This document shows positions 9,492 to 19,734 of a stretch of 64,000 nt of DNA, piece after piece; the stretch's first letter is position 1, and each line of letters begins with the position of its first letter. The stretch spans positions 59,966-123,965 of the forward strand of contig MTON01000022.1 in the NCBI GenBank assembly GCA_002010665.1. Direction: 5' to 3'. The notes under the pieces were generated by a model. The model saw nothing but the letters and a program-made list of their open reading frames with translations. It searched no databases and was not told the origin of the DNA. The translations under genes were made by a program, and so were the position numbers. The stretch comes from Candidatus Aminicenantes bacterium JdFR-78 (GTDB taxonomy: Bacteria > Acidobacteriota > Aminicenantia > JdFR-78).

Positions 9492-11236
9492 TCATTCCCT
9501 TTTAAATTTTCTATTAATTTCCTTACTTCTTTTTCCTTTTCCTTTCCATATTCAAGATATTTCTCCAAATATTTTATTGCTTTCTCCTTGTCCCCGAGTC
9601 CCATATAGAGTTTCCCCAATCTATAATAACAATAAGCTTCAGTTGGTGCTATTTTAAGTGCTTTATGATAATACTTAATTGCTTTTTCAATTTCTCCTGT
9701 TTGAGAATAAAGGTCTCCGAGTGAAATATAAGCCATCAAAGAAGGTCCCTTTTTCACAACAATAACATCTATCCTAAGACCTGACTTTGAACCTTTAACT
9801 GCTGTCTTTTCTCTTTCTTTTTTGTCATATTTTATAGCTTTTTTAAATTCCTCTTCTGCTTTCTTAAAATCCCGCATGTTAAAATATACACATCCTAAAT
9901 TGTAATGTCCAATTGCATCTTCTGGGTCAATTTCGATCACCTTTTTAAAAGCCAAAAGAGCTTGCTCAAGATCTCCTTTTCTGAAATAAATATTTCCAAG
10001 AAGATCATATGCTCTTAAAAAATCATTTCCCCTTTTCAGAGCCAATTCAAAATTCCATTCCTGACTTGAAAGCACGCCTTTAACAGCCATCAGAGCATAT
10101 TTTTCTGCTTCTGAATAATTCTTGATATTGAAATACATTAATGCAAGATTATAATTCATCTCGAGAGAATATGGATCTATTTCCACAGCCTTCTTGAGTT
10201 TTATAATTGCTTCCAATACCCTTCCTCTTCCCAACAGGTCAATTGCGACATTATTTATATTCTGGAGTACATATTTTTTATCATTTTTTAATTGATAATA
10301 ATATTCGATAACAGGATTATCTACGAAATTTTTAATAGGATTTAATTTCTCAGGACAATTTTCTGGTTTAGGATTCTCACAGCATTGAATATAAAATTTT
10401 ATTTTTTCATTTTCTGATGAAATGTCAAGAGCCTCTTTAAAATAAGCTTTTGCAATTTCAAAGTTTTTAAGATTATAATTTATAAAACCTAGATTCAAAA
10501 GAGCATCATAAAAATTTAATTTCATTTTTAGCGCTTCTTCCAAGAACTGGATGGAAGGATAAATCTCTTCATTTTTATAACTTCTTAGAGCCTCCATAAA
10601 AAGAAACTGAGGGTGAACCCCGTGAAATTGTACTGCCTCTTTTAAAGTCCTTTTATACTCTGACAAATTGTTCTGTGAAAGATAAATGTCAAGAAGCTGA
10701 GTATAACTGGAAACTGGATTATATCCAATACAAAGTGCTTTTTTAAAATATTTTTCTGCATCTTCAAAATTTTTTCTTTTTTTAAAACAAAATCCCAAAA
10801 TAAAGAATCTAAGACCTGAATTTAAACTTTTATTTTCTGACTTTATCTCAATATTATATTCTCTAAGACATTGAAATATCTTATCTTTTCTTTTTCCTTT
10901 GTATAGAATAAAAAATAAAAGGTCCATTGCATCTTCATTTTTTGGAAACATGAACAATTCCTCTTCAAGATAATCAATTGATTTCTCATACATAGATGGT
11001 AATTTAGTCTGTTCCCAGAGCTTAAAATAGCTATATGCAATATCCTTTCTTATATCTTGCTGATAAGGATTTTCCTTTAAACCTTTAAGATAGTAATCAA
11101 TTGCTGGTCTGTACTCTCGCATATCAAGAAAGAGATTAGCTTTCTCAAGCGCGGTACTTTCTCCTGTTTGAGAATAAACAACAAATATTAACAAAAAGGT
11201 AAGAAAAAATATATATAAAAATTTTTTAAAAATCAT
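9488..11236 (-). CDS. secreted TPR-repeat protein (distal gene of GT2-FtsX-RND operon)
   Basis: 582 aa; signal peptide; many 34-residue TPR units (AIDYYLKGLKENPYQ, AKAYFKEALDISSEN, ALLAFKKVIEIDPED, AIKYYHKALKIAPTE); its start overlaps the RND gene stop by 4 nt. Confidence 0.7.
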   Translation of the reverse strand: MIFKKFLYIFFLTFLLIFVVYSQTGESTALEKANLFLDMREYRPAIDYYLKGLKENPYQQDIRKDIAYSYFKLWEQTKLPSMYEKSIDYLEEELFMFPKNEDAMDLLFFILYKGKRKDKIFQCLREYNIEIKSENKSLNSGLRFFILGFCFKKRKNFEDAEKYFKKALCIGYNPVSSYTQLLDIYLSQNNLSEYKRTLKEAVQFHGVHPQFLFMEALRSYKNEEIYPSIQFLEEALKMKLNFYDALLNLGFINYNLKNFEIAKAYFKEALDISSENEKIKFYIQCCENPKPENCPEKLNPIKNFVDNPVIEYYYQLKNDKKYVLQNINNVAIDLLGRGRVLEAIIKLKKAVEIDPYSLEMNYNLALMYFNIKNYSEAEKYALMAVKGVLSSQEWNFELALKRGNDFLRAYDLLGNIYFRKGDLEQALLAFKKVIEIDPEDAIGHYNLGCVYFNMRDFKKAEEEFKKAIKYDKKEREKTAVKGSKSGLRIDVIVVKKGPSLMAYISLGDLYSQTGEIEKAIKYYHKALKIAPTEAYCYYRLGKLYMGLGDKEKAIKYLEKYLEYGKEKEKEVRKLIENLKGND

Positions 11237-14200
11237 TTCTTTCTTTTTTCCACCAACTCATAGAAAAGTGGAATTAAAATAAGGGTTAGGAATGTAGCCA
11301 GGAGCAAACCTCCAATTACTGATATAGCCAAGGGTTTTTGTAATTCTGAACCTGGCCCAAGTCCTATTGCCATTGGCAATAACCCAAAAGCAGTTGTAAC
11401 TGTAGTCATAAGAATTGGTCTTAATCTTACCCGACTTGCTTCTTTTACAGCTTCCCTTAAAGACAGTCCTTTCCTTCTCAACTGATTGGTATAGTCAATT
11501 TTTACAATAGCGTCATTAACAACAATGCCAGCGAGAACAACCATCCCAATAATTGAAATCACATTTATAGTTTGCCGTGTTAGAATAAGTGCCCATATAG
11601 AACCAGTGAGTCCCATTGGAAGTGTGAACATTATCAGAAAAGGATGAATTAAAGATTCAAATTGAGCAGCCATAATCATATAGACAAGAAACGCTGCCAG
11701 TATAAATGCGAAAATTAAACTTCTAAAAGACTTTTGGATTTCTTCTTGTTCACCCCCAAATGAGATACTATAATTTGGAGGTAATGAGATTTCATTTATC
11801 TTGTTTTTAATTTCAGGTATTACTTCACTTATTTTCTTTCCCAATAAATTTGCTGTTATTGATATTATTCTTTGCTGATTCTCCCTTCTAATCTCCTCAG
11901 GTCCACGAACTACTTCATAAGAGATTAAATCCCGAAGGGGAATTAAAGAATTATTAAAGACGAAATTTTTCCCGAGTATCTCATCAATCTCATCAATTGA
12001 ATTTTTCTCCATTCTAACAAGAATATCGTATTTTCTTTCAAATTCTTTAAATTTAGTAGCTATCTTTCCTCTTATGGAATTTACAATAAAATTTCCCACT
12101 TCTCCTGGCGATATTCCATATTTTTCTATTGAATTTCTCTTCAATTTTATAAGAAATTGAGGCTTCCCCTGTTTATAAGAAGTACTTATATCTGCTAATC
12201 CCTCAATATTTTCCAATTTCTCAACCAATTGATTCGCAATGGAATTCAGTTTATCCAAATCATCTCCTTTTATTATAAGGCTTAACTCTTTACCACCTAT
12301 CGCAAGCATTTCAGATAGGGTAGTTTGTTGCTGTACAATTGAAAAGTCAATTTCAGGAAACCTGCTAAGTTTTGTCCTCAATTCTTTTATTACCCTTTGA
12401 ACATCCGAATGGCTTAAAAGCCTACAAAGAATTTTTGCTGAATTTACAGAAACTCTTGGATCATAAGCCTGCATTCCAGTTACAATTCCTATTTGAGAAA
12501 AAATTGTTTCCACAGAGCTATCACTTTTCAACCACTTCTCAATAATTGAAACAATTTCTTCTGTCTGTTCCAGGGAAAAATCTACTGGCGTGGTCAAATT
12601 TATCTCAAATGTATTGGTTTTTGGTTTTGGTATTAATTCTCTCCCTATTTGAGTCCCAGCTAAGAAAGTTATGACAAGAAAAAGAAGAGAACCTGTGAGT
12701 ACTTTACCTTTATTATTGAGACTCCAATCAAGAAATCTATGATAAAAAACTGAAAATCCAGAGTAAATTTTATTAAACGTATTAAAGACGAATCTTATTA
12801 TTGGTCTAATGGGCACCATTAAATAGTGGAGAATTAATAGAATGAACTGAGTTAAATATGAAATTAAAAAGTCTATAACAAAATAAATCCCTTTAAATAT
12901 CCATCTCATAAGCCAAAGCAAACCATAATACGGGAATAGTAAAGGTTTCTTCGCTTTCCTGATTTCTTTTTTTTCAACTCTTTCTTCTTTTATTTCAAAT
13001 TTAAATTCTCTTGAAGCTAACATTGGAAGAAGCGTAAGAGAAACAAACAGGGAACACAACAGAGAAAATGTTACTGTAAGAGCTTGATCTTTAAATAATT
13101 GGCCAGCAACTCCATGCACATAAATTACTGGAAGAAATACAGAAATAGTAGTTAAAGTAGAAGCTGTAACAGCCATTCCAACTTCTTTTGTGCCAATATA
13201 TGCTGCCTCTATTAAATTTCCTTTTTCTTTCTGGTGCCTAAATATGCTTTCAGACACAACAATTGAACTATCCACAAGCATTCCAACACCCAGAGCAAGC
13301 CCTCCAAGGGACATAATATTCAGTGATATATTGCTGAAATATAGAATATTAAAGGTTGCAATAATAGAAATTGGAATCGAAATAGCAATGATTACTGGAG
13401 TTCTTAAATCTTGGAGGAAAAGAAATAAAACAAAAAATGCAAGTATTGCACCGATTATAATTGAATTTAAAACTGAATTTATTGAATTTTCAATGAATTC
13501 TGCCTGTTCCATTATAACTTCCAGATTTATTTGTGGATTTTCTTCTCTTATTTGTTTAAGAACTTCTCTTGTTTTCTTTGTTACTTTAACCGTATTTGTA
13601 CCTGATTCTTTATAGACGAGCAAACCTATACTCTCTTTCCCATTCAGCCTTGTTAACCCTAATCTTTCTTTTATTGAATCTTTGATAAAAGCTATATCTT
13701 TTAATCTTATTACTCCACCTGGCACTGTTTTAAGAGGAATGTTACCTATCTCGTCTATTGACTCAAACTCTCCAACAACTCTTATTGCATATTTAAATCT
13801 TCCTTTCCTAATTGTTCCTCCTTGTAAATTTCTATTAAAGGAGTCTATTTTTCGTGCAATTTCATCTATGGATAGCTGATAGAGAGAAAGAAGTTCTGGT
13901 TTAATTTCTACCTGAATTTCTCGCTCGACTCCTCCAGCAATTTCAACAGATGCAATTCCTTCAATTTGTTCAAGTCGGGGTTTTATAAGTTCCTCTGCAA
14001 ATTCTTTTAATTCTACAAGACTTCTTTCCCCAGATAAGGCTAATATCATAATTGGTTTGCTTTGAGGGTCAAGAAGAATAATTGTTGGTCTTCCAGCATC
14101 TTCTGGTAAAGAGTATCTTGCATTATCAAGTTTCTCTCTTGTATGGAGAATAGCAAAATCCATATCAGTTCCCCAGTCAAATTCAAGAGTCATAAAGGAA

Positions 14201-14463
14201 ACACCCTCTTTTGAAATGGATTCTACTTTTCTTAAACCAGGAATTGTACTCACCACTGCCTCAAGAGGAGAGGTAATTAATGTCTCAATTTCCTCTGGTG
14301 CTACACCTGGATACTCTGTAATTACTGATATTTTTGGATAACTTATATCTGGGAGTAAATCAACACTCAATTCTCGAAGGGAAACAAACCCGAGAAGAAC
14401 AATTGCTAAAAAGAACATAAAAGTCGTTACAGGACGATTAATTGTTAATTTTGTTATTTTCAT
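11233..14463 (-). CDS. RND superfamily transporter, AcrB/HAE1-like
   Basis: 1076 aa; 12-TM RND architecture with two large periplasmic loops; AcrB-like motifs (LGGLALGVGMLVDSSIVVSESIF; GIVVNDAIVKIDY); extended central loop. Confidence 0.85.
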   Translation of the reverse strand: MKITKLTINRPVTTFMFFLAIVLLGFVSLRELSVDLLPDISYPKISVITEYPGVAPEEIETLITSPLEAVVSTIPGLRKVESISKEGVSFMTLEFDWGTDMDFAILHTREKLDNARYSLPEDAGRPTIILLDPQSKPIMILALSGERSLVELKEFAEELIKPRLEQIEGIASVEIAGGVEREIQVEIKPELLSLYQLSIDEIARKIDSFNRNLQGGTIRKGRFKYAIRVVGEFESIDEIGNIPLKTVPGGVIRLKDIAFIKDSIKERLGLTRLNGKESIGLLVYKESGTNTVKVTKKTREVLKQIREENPQINLEVIMEQAEFIENSINSVLNSIIIGAILAFFVLFLFLQDLRTPVIIAISIPISIIATFNILYFSNISLNIMSLGGLALGVGMLVDSSIVVSESIFRHQKEKGNLIEAAYIGTKEVGMAVTASTLTTISVFLPVIYVHGVAGQLFKDQALTVTFSLLCSLFVSLTLLPMLASREFKFEIKEERVEKKEIRKAKKPLLFPYYGLLWLMRWIFKGIYFVIDFLISYLTQFILLILHYLMVPIRPIIRFVFNTFNKIYSGFSVFYHRFLDWSLNNKGKVLTGSLLFLVITFLAGTQIGRELIPKPKTNTFEINLTTPVDFSLEQTEEIVSIIEKWLKSDSSVETIFSQIGIVTGMQAYDPRVSVNSAKILCRLLSHSDVQRVIKELRTKLSRFPEIDFSIVQQQTTLSEMLAIGGKELSLIIKGDDLDKLNSIANQLVEKLENIEGLADISTSYKQGKPQFLIKLKRNSIEKYGISPGEVGNFIVNSIRGKIATKFKEFERKYDILVRMEKNSIDEIDEILGKNFVFNNSLIPLRDLISYEVVRGPEEIRRENQQRIISITANLLGKKISEVIPEIKNKINEISLPPNYSISFGGEQEEIQKSFRSLIFAFILAAFLVYMIMAAQFESLIHPFLIMFTLPMGLTGSIWALILTRQTINVISIIGMVVLAGIVVNDAIVKIDYTNQLRRKGLSLREAVKEASRVRLRPILMTTVTTAFGLLPMAIGLGPGSELQKPLAISVIGGLLLATFLTLILIPLFYELVEKRKK

Positions 14464-14464
14464 T

Positions 14465-15562
14465 TTATTGCCAAATAACTTTATATCTTTTTATTACAGG
14501 AAAACCCTCTTCATCCTCTTCGATCGTATATAATTTTTCCTTTTTCCACACCCTTGGTATTATTTTTAAAGGAATTTTTGCAATATATCTGCCCTTGGGA
14601 TCAAAAATATCATAGTAATAACCTTCTCCATCTTCTGTCTTTTCCCATGTTCTTACAAAAATTCGTCCTTCATCATCAACACTGAATATTTGAAAAGCAG
14701 AGTGATATTTTGAAAAAGCAAACTTAATTCCACGAGGAGCTCTTCTCATTACTTCTTTTTTCTCCTCTTCAGTGATTTCAACTGGTTCATATTCTTTTAC
14801 TATTTTTTTAACTAAATTTCCTGAAGGGTCGAAAATCTTTATCTCATAATCTTCTGGATAAGAATAATAAATATAGTCATTTTCTGTTAAGATCCATTGA
14901 TTAAAGGGCATGAAAGGATTAAATGCTTCAGGAGATGGAAAGGGACTTTGTGCAAATTTTTTTATAAGATTAAAATTTGAATCAAGTTTCTTCAATTCAT
15001 ACCTTGGGTTTTTAGGATCTGAAACTCCCTCAGTTACAATAAAATTACCTTTGGAATCGATTTTACATCTCAATGCCCATATTTTCCCAGGCGAAATTGA
15101 TTTTATAAATTCTCCATTTAAATTGAAAAACGATATTCTCCTATTCCCTATGTCAATGACAACCAGTTTATTCTGTGGGATTATCTGAATAGAGAATATA
15201 AAATAAAATTCTCCGGGTCCTTTGCCCTTTTTCCCTATGGTTTTAATATAGTTGCCATTTTTATCAAAAATCTTTATATGCCCCTCTCTTGCATCTGCAG
15301 CATAAATTCTTTCCATATCATCAATAGCAATATCTATTATTCGAGAAAAAATATATTCATCTTTATCCTTATCACCTATCGTCAGCTCCTCTTTAAGGGT
15401 CAATTTATTAGGTACTCCTTCTATATGAGCCGGCTCTTTGGGATTAAATATGACCTCCACCCCATCAATATTCTTTACAATTATTTTTTCTTGTTTTTTA
15501 CAGAAAAAACTAAAAAATAAAATTAGAGATAGTAAAAATAAAAAAAACTTTTTCATTACCAT
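14465..15562 (-). CDS. lipoprotein with NHL/6-bladed beta-propeller-like repeats
   Basis: 365 aa; signal plus lipobox (FFSFFC); repeated strand-turn units (GEFYFIFSIQII, RISFFNLNGEFIKSI, YEIKIFDPSGNLV, YYYDIFDPKGRYI); sits where an RND adaptor gene would normally be, but has no adaptor features. Confidence 0.55.
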   Translation of the reverse strand: MVMKKFFLFLLSLILFFSFFCKKQEKIIVKNIDGVEVIFNPKEPAHIEGVPNKLTLKEELTIGDKDKDEYIFSRIIDIAIDDMERIYAADAREGHIKIFDKNGNYIKTIGKKGKGPGEFYFIFSIQIIPQNKLVVIDIGNRRISFFNLNGEFIKSISPGKIWALRCKIDSKGNFIVTEGVSDPKNPRYELKKLDSNFNLIKKFAQSPFPSPEAFNPFMPFNQWILTENDYIYYSYPEDYEIKIFDPSGNLVKKIVKEYEPVEITEEEKKEVMRRAPRGIKFAFSKYHSAFQIFSVDDEGRIFVRTWEKTEDGEGYYYDIFDPKGRYIAKIPLKIIPRVWKKEKLYTIEEDEEGFPVIKRYKVIWQ

Positions 15563-15620
15563 ACCCCCTTTTTATTTTATTACATATAGCCCCCCTCTTT
15601 CAATATTTTATTTAAAAATA

Positions 15621-16865
15621 TTATTCGTATCTTAAAGCAACAATTGGATCTAATTTTGCTGCTTTCCTTGCAGGAAACACTCCAAAAAACAATCCCACAG
15701 AAATTGAAACAAAGAATCCGAGTGCAACTGACCATAATGTTATTGATGCTGGTAATGGAGTCAATGCTTTAACCAGTAGGGCAATCATAAAACCAAAAAA
15801 TATTCCTATAAGCCCTCCTGTACCAGTTAAGAATATTGCTTCAATTAAAAACTGGGTTAATATATCTGAATTCCGAGCTCCAATTGCTTTTCTTATTCCA
15901 ATTTCTCTTGTCCTTTCCTTTACAGATACAAGCATAATATTCATGACTCCAATTCCACCCACTAAAAGACCGATTGAGGAAATTACTATCATAACCAAGT
16001 AGGCTGCTCCAGTAATCTGATTATATAAATCAAGGATTGTATCCTGCGTGTAGATTTCAAAGTCGTTTTCTTCTCCAACAGGCACTTTTCTTCTTTTTCT
16101 CAAAACATTTGTTATTTCCTCAATGGCTTCAAACATCAATTCATGCTCCACTGGAATTGCAAGAATCTCAATATTCTCCTTTTTATAAGGAAAATGCTTC
16201 ATGAGGGTTGTTATTGGGATTGCAACAAAATTATCCCTACTTTGTCCAAATATCTCCCCTCTTTTACTCGCCACTCCAACAACCTTAAATTTCCTATTTC
16301 CTATCCTGATTTCTTTACCTATTGGGCTTGAATGGGGGAAAAGTATTTCTGCGGTTTCATAACCTAAAAGACAAACCTGTGCCTTATGAGTAACCTCAGC
16401 TCTAGTGAAGAACCTCCCCTCCTTAGGAAGATAAACTGAAACAACTTCAGGCCATCTTTCATTTATTCCTATAACTAAGGTGTCTTTGCTTTTAATATTT
16501 CTGTATTTAACAACTGGGTTTTGCCATATATTAACTATTAAATCAACTGCCACTGCTTTTACTGAAGGACATTCCTTTTCAATTGCAAGAGCATCTTCAT
16601 AGGTCAAATCCTTTCTCTTTCTTTCCTCTTCACTTCGTCTGCCAACTTGAATAGGCTTATATTTACTTACTATGATCAAGTCAGACCCAGCGGATTCAAG
16701 CTCCCGTAAAAAACTTTTATTTAAACCCTGTATTATGGAAACCATACCTATAACAGTTAAAACTCCGATAGTTATTCCGAGCACTGTAAGAAAGGAACGA
16801 AGCTTATGACTCCTCAAGGACTCAAAAGCCATATTTACGACTTCTCTGATAATACCCCATCTCAT
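15621..16865 (-). CDS. ABC-transporter permease, MacB/LolCE-like (FtsX domain)
   Basis: 414 aa; N-terminal TM (LRSFLTVLGITIGVLTVIGMVSI), large periplasmic domain, C-terminal 3-TM FtsX domain (ERTREIGIRKAIGARNSDILTQFLIEAIFLTGTGG ... ARKAAKLDPIVALRYE). Confidence 0.8.
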   Translation of the reverse strand: MRWGIIREVVNMAFESLRSHKLRSFLTVLGITIGVLTVIGMVSIIQGLNKSFLRELESAGSDLIIVSKYKPIQVGRRSEEERKRKDLTYEDALAIEKECPSVKAVAVDLIVNIWQNPVVKYRNIKSKDTLVIGINERWPEVVSVYLPKEGRFFTRAEVTHKAQVCLLGYETAEILFPHSSPIGKEIRIGNRKFKVVGVASKRGEIFGQSRDNFVAIPITTLMKHFPYKKENIEILAIPVEHELMFEAIEEITNVLRKRRKVPVGEENDFEIYTQDTILDLYNQITGAAYLVMIVISSIGLLVGGIGVMNIMLVSVKERTREIGIRKAIGARNSDILTQFLIEAIFLTGTGGLIGIFFGFMIALLVKALTPLPASITLWSVALGFFVSISVGLFFGVFPARKAAKLDPIVALRYE

Positions 16866-16954
16866 TTTATCCTACCTCTCTCAATTTTAAACTTCCCACA
16901 TTTCACCTTCACCCTTCACATTTTATATTTCACATTTCACTAATTACCAATTCA

Positions 16955-18187
16955 TCATTGTTCAGCTCTCAAAGCCACACTTGGGTCCAACTTTGCTGCC
17001 TTATTAGCTGGATAAAGACCGAAAAATAAACCTACTGATGTTGACACAAGAATTGCAATTATTATTGCTATTGGATCAAGAGTTGATGGTAAGGAAGTGG
17101 TAGCAGAAACTATTTTGGCAATAATAAATCCTATTAAAATACCTATAATTCCTCCTGTTCCTGAGATTATTGAAGATTCAATTAAAAATTGTAATAAAAT
17201 ATCCTTTCTTCTTGCACCAACAGACATTCTTATACCAATTTCCTTAGTCCTTTCTGTAACAGAAACTAGCATAATATTCATTATTACTATTCCACCAACT
17301 AAAAGAGCTATTGACGAAATGGCAATCATTGCGAAATAAATGCTTGAAGTTGCATTTTTATAAAATTGAATAAATGTCTCTGAAGTACGAAAGGAAAAGT
17401 CATCTGGCTCATTAAATTTTAGATGCCTTCGTGCACGAAGAACAGTTCTTACCTCCTCTTGCGCTTCTCTCATTTTCTCTAAGGATGTGGTATGAACATT
17501 TATTGAAATACTTCTTTTCCTTCCATAAATCTTCTGAAAGGTGGTAATTGGAATGCGCACAAAATTATCTTGACTGAATCCTAATATTTTTCCGCGCTCC
17601 TTCGCAACTCCAATAATTAAAAAATACTTATTTCCAATTTTTAATCTTTTTCCTATAGGATCTATATAATGAAATAACTCTTTTCTAATATCAGCTCCAA
17701 TAATACATACAAATCGGGAGCGGTCGACATCCTCCTTCAATATATGCCTTCCGCTTTCAAGTTCAATAACCGAGCCTATAAGGTGGTCTAAATGAGTAAC
17801 TCCCCTTATCTCAACATTCTTCAAAAACTGACTTTTAAATTTAACATTTCTAGTTGTACTGACCGATGCTCCTACTAATTCACAACTTTTACAATATTTT
17901 CTTATTGCTTCCACATCTTCGAGCGTTAAATTTTTCCTTTTCATCTGTTCAATGTAATCCTTGTAGGAACTAAACATTGAAAATTTAGTAATGCTGAAAT
18001 CACTTGCTCCATAAAATGACATTTTTTCATAGACATATTTATCAAGACCCTGGATCACTGAAACCACAGTTATTATTGTCATAACACCAATAATAACTCC
18101 TAAAAGGGTAAGGAAAGTCCTCAGCTTATTAGACCAGATAGAATCAAAAGCAACTGAAATCGCCTCTACTATGTTAATTCTTCCCAT
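16955..18187 (-). CDS. ABC-transporter permease, MacB/LolCE-like (FtsX domain), paralogue of 15621-16865
   Basis: 410 aa; same architecture (LRTFLTLLGVIIGVMTIITVVSVI ... ERTKEIGIRMSVGARRKDILLQFLIES ... ANKAAKLDPSVALRAEQ). Confidence 0.8.
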   Translation of the reverse strand: MGRINIVEAISVAFDSIWSNKLRTFLTLLGVIIGVMTIITVVSVIQGLDKYVYEKMSFYGASDFSITKFSMFSSYKDYIEQMKRKNLTLEDVEAIRKYCKSCELVGASVSTTRNVKFKSQFLKNVEIRGVTHLDHLIGSVIELESGRHILKEDVDRSRFVCIIGADIRKELFHYIDPIGKRLKIGNKYFLIIGVAKERGKILGFSQDNFVRIPITTFQKIYGRKRSISINVHTTSLEKMREAQEEVRTVLRARRHLKFNEPDDFSFRTSETFIQFYKNATSSIYFAMIAISSIALLVGGIVIMNIMLVSVTERTKEIGIRMSVGARRKDILLQFLIESSIISGTGGIIGILIGFIIAKIVSATTSLPSTLDPIAIIIAILVSTSVGLFFGLYPANKAAKLDPSVALRAEQ

Positions 18188-18240
18188 CTCAATAGATAAT
18201 ATTACGAAAGATAATTAAAAAAGTTTTATAGGGAAGATTA

Positions 18241-19734
18241 CTAATCGCTCGTTGCAACTTTTTTTGGAATTAATCTTAAAAATTTTCTATTCTGGTAAAA
18301 GGAGAAGAATGCCATATAAAGATATCCTATTTGAAAAAGTAATAGAAAGGGTAGAGTCAAATAAATTCCTTCCTTAATTGAAACAGCAACTGTAATTGTG
18401 AAATATATTCCAAGTAGAAGCTCGATATATGCTAAATAACTTCTTTTGCCGAAATATTTTTTCAGTTTCCAGTTTCTTTTTGTATCCTTAATCCCAAATT
18501 TTGGGGTTCTTTCAAAATCAGATTTTTTATCCAATAAAGCTTCAATCACAGCCTTTGCATTATTTACCGCAAGCCCTATACCAAGTGCCATAAGAAAGGG
18601 TAAATATTTAAGCCTTGAAGGCCAGTCCAAATAGATCTCCTTTTGTGAATAGATGTAGAAGGCGCCCACAGATCCGGTAGCTAACAGGATAAGGGGAAAA
18701 TCAATTAATACCATTTCATATAGGCCTAAATTTTTTCTTAATATTACAGTTGGAAAAATTGATATTGAAAGAGGTATCATAAGAAGATAAGCGAAATTAT
18801 CACACAAATGAAAGAAGGCTTCCATTTTAACAGAAAAAGGCAAGGATGCTTTGAAAATTTTTCCTAAAAGCTTTTTTGCTGTTTGTATTGAACCCTTTGC
18901 CCAGCGATGTTGTTGACATTTAAAGGCATTTATTTCAACTGGAAGTTCAGCAGGAACAACTATGTTTGGGAGGTAAATGAATTTCCATCCTTTCATCTGA
19001 GCTCTGTAACTTATATCCAGATCTTCAGTTAAAGTATCATGTTGCCATCCTCCTGCAGAATATATGGTATCTTTTCTCCATATTCCTGCTGTGCCATTAA
19101 AATTGAAAAATTTACCAGACCGATTTCTAGCAGTATGCTCAATAACAAAATGTCCATCAAGGAGAATTGACTGAACTTGAGTAAGAAGGGAGAAGTTTCT
19201 ATTTATATGTCCCCATCTTGCTTGAACCATTCCCACTTTTGGGTCTGTAAAATAATGAATTGTCTCAAGCAAAAAATCAGGATTTGGGATAAAATCTGCA
19301 TCAAAGACTGCAATGAATTCACCTGATGCTTTTTTCAATCCTTCCTCTAAAGCACCGGCTTTGAAACCCCTTCTATTGTCTCGATGATAATAATGAATAT
19401 TTATCCCTTTAGATCTATAAAATTTCACTCTCTCCTGAGCAATTTTCTGAGTAGCATCTGTTGAATCATCGAGAACCTGAATTTCAAGCAAATCTCTAGG
19501 GTATTTTAATTTACAAACTGAATCAATTAATCTTCTTACAACAAACATCTCATTATAAATTGGGAGCTGGACAGTTACTTTTGGAAGCTTTTTAAATTTT
19601 GATAAAGGTTTTGGAATTCTGTCTTTTGTTTTCAAATAAATATATAAAAGGATGTATCGATGAAGCCCAAAAATTGCAAGTATTGATAACACAAGGAAGT
19701 ATGTAGATAATGCAACTATTGCCCACCAGCTCAT
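18241..19734 (-). CDS. membrane-embedded processive family-2 glycosyltransferase (cellulose-synthase-like fold)
   Basis: 497 aa; N-terminal TM; GT2 motifs VTVQLPIYNE, DDSTD, VFDADF, QxxRW (CQQHRWAKGS); 4-5 C-terminal TM helices. Confidence 0.8.
   Translation of the reverse strand: MSWWAIVALSTYFLVLSILAIFGLHRYILLYIYLKTKDRIPKPLSKFKKLPKVTVQLPIYNEMFVVRRLIDSVCKLKYPRDLLEIQVLDDSTDATQKIAQERVKFYRSKGINIHYYHRDNRRGFKAGALEEGLKKASGEFIAVFDADFIPNPDFLLETIHYFTDPKVGMVQARWGHINRNFSLLTQVQSILLDGHFVIEHTARNRSGKFFNFNGTAGIWRKDTIYSAGGWQHDTLTEDLDISYRAQMKGWKFIYLPNIVVPAELPVEINAFKCQQHRWAKGSIQTAKKLLGKIFKASLPFSVKMEAFFHLCDNFAYLLMIPLSISIFPTVILRKNLGLYEMVLIDFPLILLATGSVGAFYIYSQKEIYLDWPSRLKYLPFLMALGIGLAVNNAKAVIEALLDKKSDFERTPKFGIKDTKRNWKLKKYFGKRSYLAYIELLLGIYFTITVAVSIKEGIYLTLPFLLLFQIGYLYMAFFSFYQNRKFLRLIPKKVATSD

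Noticed and set aside
14465-15562. Calling the gene upstream of the RND pump a membrane-fusion (periplasmic adaptor) protein
   Set aside because: It has no lipoyl, alpha-hairpin or beta-barrel adaptor signatures. It instead shows repeated NHL/propeller-like strand units and a lipobox.
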